From: an uncultured cyanobacterium
GTDB lineage: Bacteria; Cyanobacteriota; Cyanobacteriia; Cyanobacteriales; CAWCAG01
Reading direction: 5' to 3'
DNA: 64,000 nucleotides
NCBI GenBank assembly: GCA_963803805.1
Contig: CAWDOD010000002.1
Location: 640,001-704,000, forward strand
The position numbers and the translations under genes are program-made. The first letter of the stretch is position 1. Each line of letters begins with the position of its first letter. The notes below the pieces were generated by a model. It saw only the letters and a program-made list of their open reading frames with translations. It did not search any database and was not told the DNA's origin. Shown here in pieces: positions 61,774-64,000 of the stretch.

Positions 61774-62757
61774 ATGGCAGAAACTCTTTTCTATAATGCG
61801 TTGCGTGAAGCAACCGATGAAGAAATGGCTCGTGACAACACTGTATTTGTCCTCGGAGAAGATGTAGGACATTATGGCGGTTCTTATAAAGTGACCAAGG
61901 GCTTATACCAGAAGTACGGTGAATTAAGAGTATTGGATACTCCCATCGCCGAAAATAGCTTTGCTGGTATGGCTGTTGGAGCTGCCATGACGGGCTTAAG
62001 ACCAATAATTGAAGGCATGAACATGGGCTTTTTGCTCCTGGCCTTCAATCAAATTTCCAATAATGCAGGAATGTTGCGCTATACTTCCGGAGGGAATTTT
62101 ACCATCCCGATGGTTATTAGAGGTCCTGGGGGTGTAGGTCGTCAGTTGGGGGCTGAACATTCCCAGCGTTTAGAAGCCTATTTTCATGCTGTTCCAGGGT
62201 TAAAAATTGTGGCTTGTTCAACTCCCTATAATGCTAAAGGTCTGCTTAAAGCAGCCATTCGGGACAACAACCCAGTATTATTCTTTGAACACGTACTTCT
62301 TTATAACTTAAAAGAAGACTTGCCAGACCACGAATATTTAGTTCCCATTGATCAAGCAGAAATGGTTCGACAAGGTAAGGATGTCACAATCCTCACCTAC
62401 TCCAGAATGCGCCATCACTGCCTACAAGCCTTAAAGACTCTAGAAAAAGAAGGATTTGACCCAGAAATTATTGACTTAATCTCTCTCAAACCTTTTGATC
62501 TAGAAACTATCGGCGCTTCGATCAAGAAAACCCACCGCGTCATCATTGTCGAAGAATGTATGAAAACCGGGGGAATTGGGGCAGAATTAACTGCGTTGAT
62601 CAACGAACAACTTTTCGATGAACTAGATGCTCCTGTGGTGCGCCTGTCCTCCCAAGACATTCCGACACCTTACAATGGAACATTAGAAAGACTAACCATT
62701 ATTCAACCAGAGCAAATTGTTGAAGCAGTCAAGAAAATGGTTGCTTTACAAGTTTAG
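61774..62757 (+). CDS. pdhB: Pyruvate dehydrogenase E1 beta subunit
   Basis: [34 protein letters not shown]. Confidence 0.96.
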   Translation: MAETLFYNALREATDEEMARDNTVFVLGEDVGHYGGSYKVTKGLYQKYGELRVLDTPIAENSFAGMAVGAAMTGLRPIIEGMNMGFLLLAFNQISNNAGMLRYTSGGNFTIPMVIRGPGGVGRQLGAEHSQRLEAYFHAVPGLKIVACSTPYNAKGLLKAAIRDNNPVLFFEHVLLYNLKEDLPDHEYLVPIDQAEMVRQGKDVTILTYSRMRHHCLQALKTLEKEGFDPEIIDLISLKPFDLETIGASIKKTHRVIIVEECMKTGGIGAELTALINEQLFDELDAPVVRLSSQDIPTPYNGTLERLTIIQPEQIVEAVKKMVALQV

Positions 62758-62915
62758 ACAGTGAACATTAAACAGTAAACAGCCAACAGTAAAAAGTCAG
62801 TTGTTAGCCGTTGTCACAGACTAAACTAGTAACTGTAGGTTATTAGCCATTGTCGTAGACTAAACTGATAACGATAACTGGTAACTGTTTACTGATAACT
62901 GACAAACCACTAGCC

Positions 62916-64000
62916 ATGCAAAAACAAAGTTCCCTCATTGCCTTGATAATTGTCCTCGTCATTGGTGCAATTGTACTTTTAGTGCAATTACCTCTCAATC
63001 TGGGCTTAGACTTGCGAGGAGGGGCGCAATTAACTATTCAGGTCAAACCTACTGAAGATATTAAAGAAATCTCAGAAGAAGACCTAGAAGCCGTTAAGCG
63101 CGTTATGCAAAATCGGGTTAATGCTAGTGGGGTATCTGAAGCAGTAGTACAAACAGCCGGAGGAGATAAAATTCTTGTCCAACTACCAGGGGTTAGTGAT
63201 CCTACTCAAGCAGAAAGAAGGCTTCAAGGGACAGCGCAATTGGAGTTTCGCGAACAACTAGCAGGAACAGAACAAGAATTGCGGGTAGAATTTGCTCTCC
63301 AACAACAACTGGAAGCAGAAATAGAAACACTACAAAAACAGGATGGCAAAGAAGAAGAAATTGCTGAAAAGCAAGAATCTCTCACTCAAACCAGAGAAGC
63401 CATAAATGAGCTTTTCGACACCCCAAAAGTAGAAGGCAAAAACTTAACTAATGCCTTAGCAACTCAATCTCCGAATGGTTTAGGCTGGCAAGTTTCCATC
63501 GCTTTTGATCAACAAGGAGGGGAAGATTTTGCTGAACTAACTAAAAACTTAGCTGGTACAGGGCGTAGTATTGGTATTTTCCTTGATGGGGTTTTAATTA
63601 GCGCCCCTACGGTAGGGGCGCAATATGCTGAAAAAGGCATTGATGGGGGCGGCGCAGATATTACCGGTAACTTTACCATTGAAGAAGCCCGTGACTTAGA
63701 AATTCAACTTCGTGGTGGTTCCTTACCTTTCCCGGTAGAAGTAGTGGAAAATCGCACCGTTGGGGCTACCTTGGGGCAAGATAGTATCAGGCGTAGTGTT
63801 TATGCAGCGATCGCCGGTTTAATCTTAGTATTAATCTTCATGGCAGTTTATTATCGCCTGCCAGGAATAATCGCTGATATTTCCTTAATCATTTACACAA
63901 TTTTGACCCTAGCTTGCTTCACCTTAGTCGGAGTCACCTTAACCCTACCAGGAATTGCCGGATTCATCCTCAGCATCGGTATGGCAGTGGATGCTAATGT
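62916..64000 (+). CDS. secD: Protein translocase subunit SecD (3' end beyond window)
   Basis: ATG 62916: MQKQSSLIALII...LNLGLDLRGGAQLT...ILVQLPG...GSLPFPVEVVENRTVGATLG...LTLPGIAGFILSIGMAVDAN. Confidence 0.96.
   Translation, partial: MQKQSSLIALIIVLVIGAIVLLVQLPLNLGLDLRGGAQLTIQVKPTEDIKEISEEDLEAVKRVMQNRVNASGVSEAVVQTAGGDKILVQLPGVSDPTQAERRLQGTAQLEFREQLAGTEQELRVEFALQQQLEAEIETLQKQDGKEEEIAEKQESLTQTREAINELFDTPKVEGKNLTNALATQSPNGLGWQVSIAFDQQGGEDFAELTKNLAGTGRSIGIFLDGVLISAPTVGAQYAEKGIDGGGADITGNFTIEEARDLEIQLRGGSLPFPVEVVENRTVGATLGQDSIRRSVYAAIAGLILVLIFMAVYYRLPGIIADISLIIYTILTLACFTLVGVTLTLPGIAGFILSIGMAVDAN

Noticed and set aside
62760-62910. Possible mini CRISPR array
   Set aside because: Only two imperfect 24-nt units with a 15-nt gap, and no cas genes.

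Overview
AT-rich cyanobacterial chromosomal segment. Evidence for the lineage: more than 30 HIP1 GCGATCGC octamers counted by eye, heptameric STRR-type intergenic repeats, and ccmK3/ccmK4, psb28, nblR and ldpA. Most of the window is housekeeping or ordinary: aroH, sppA, egtD, panB, an AMIN amidase, Cry-DASH, an ABC-F ATPase, leuC, ycf45, coaE, map, tRNA-Asn, trmJ, pdhB and secD. The most striking part is a ~14 kb signalling island (35.7-50.0 kb) with four histidine kinases, two receiver-adenylate cyclases and two stand-alone receivers. One kinase carries an ETR1-type ethylene-binding domain with seven key ETR1 binding residues in register, suggesting an ethylene-to-cAMP phosphorelay. Other points: a large secreted-toxin/eCIS-cargo-like ORF runs off the left edge and is missing from the ORF track; a small RHH/HTH cassette has operator-like repeats and leader hairpins; there is an MscS-DEP fusion; gyrB and Uma2 relics are decayed; a DUF2256 gene was missed by the track; and MITE/SDR/IS605-end remnants are present. 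Three +1 frameshifts look like sequencing errors. No CRISPR array, rRNA or intact transposase was seen. All family assignments come from motif recognition, not database searches.
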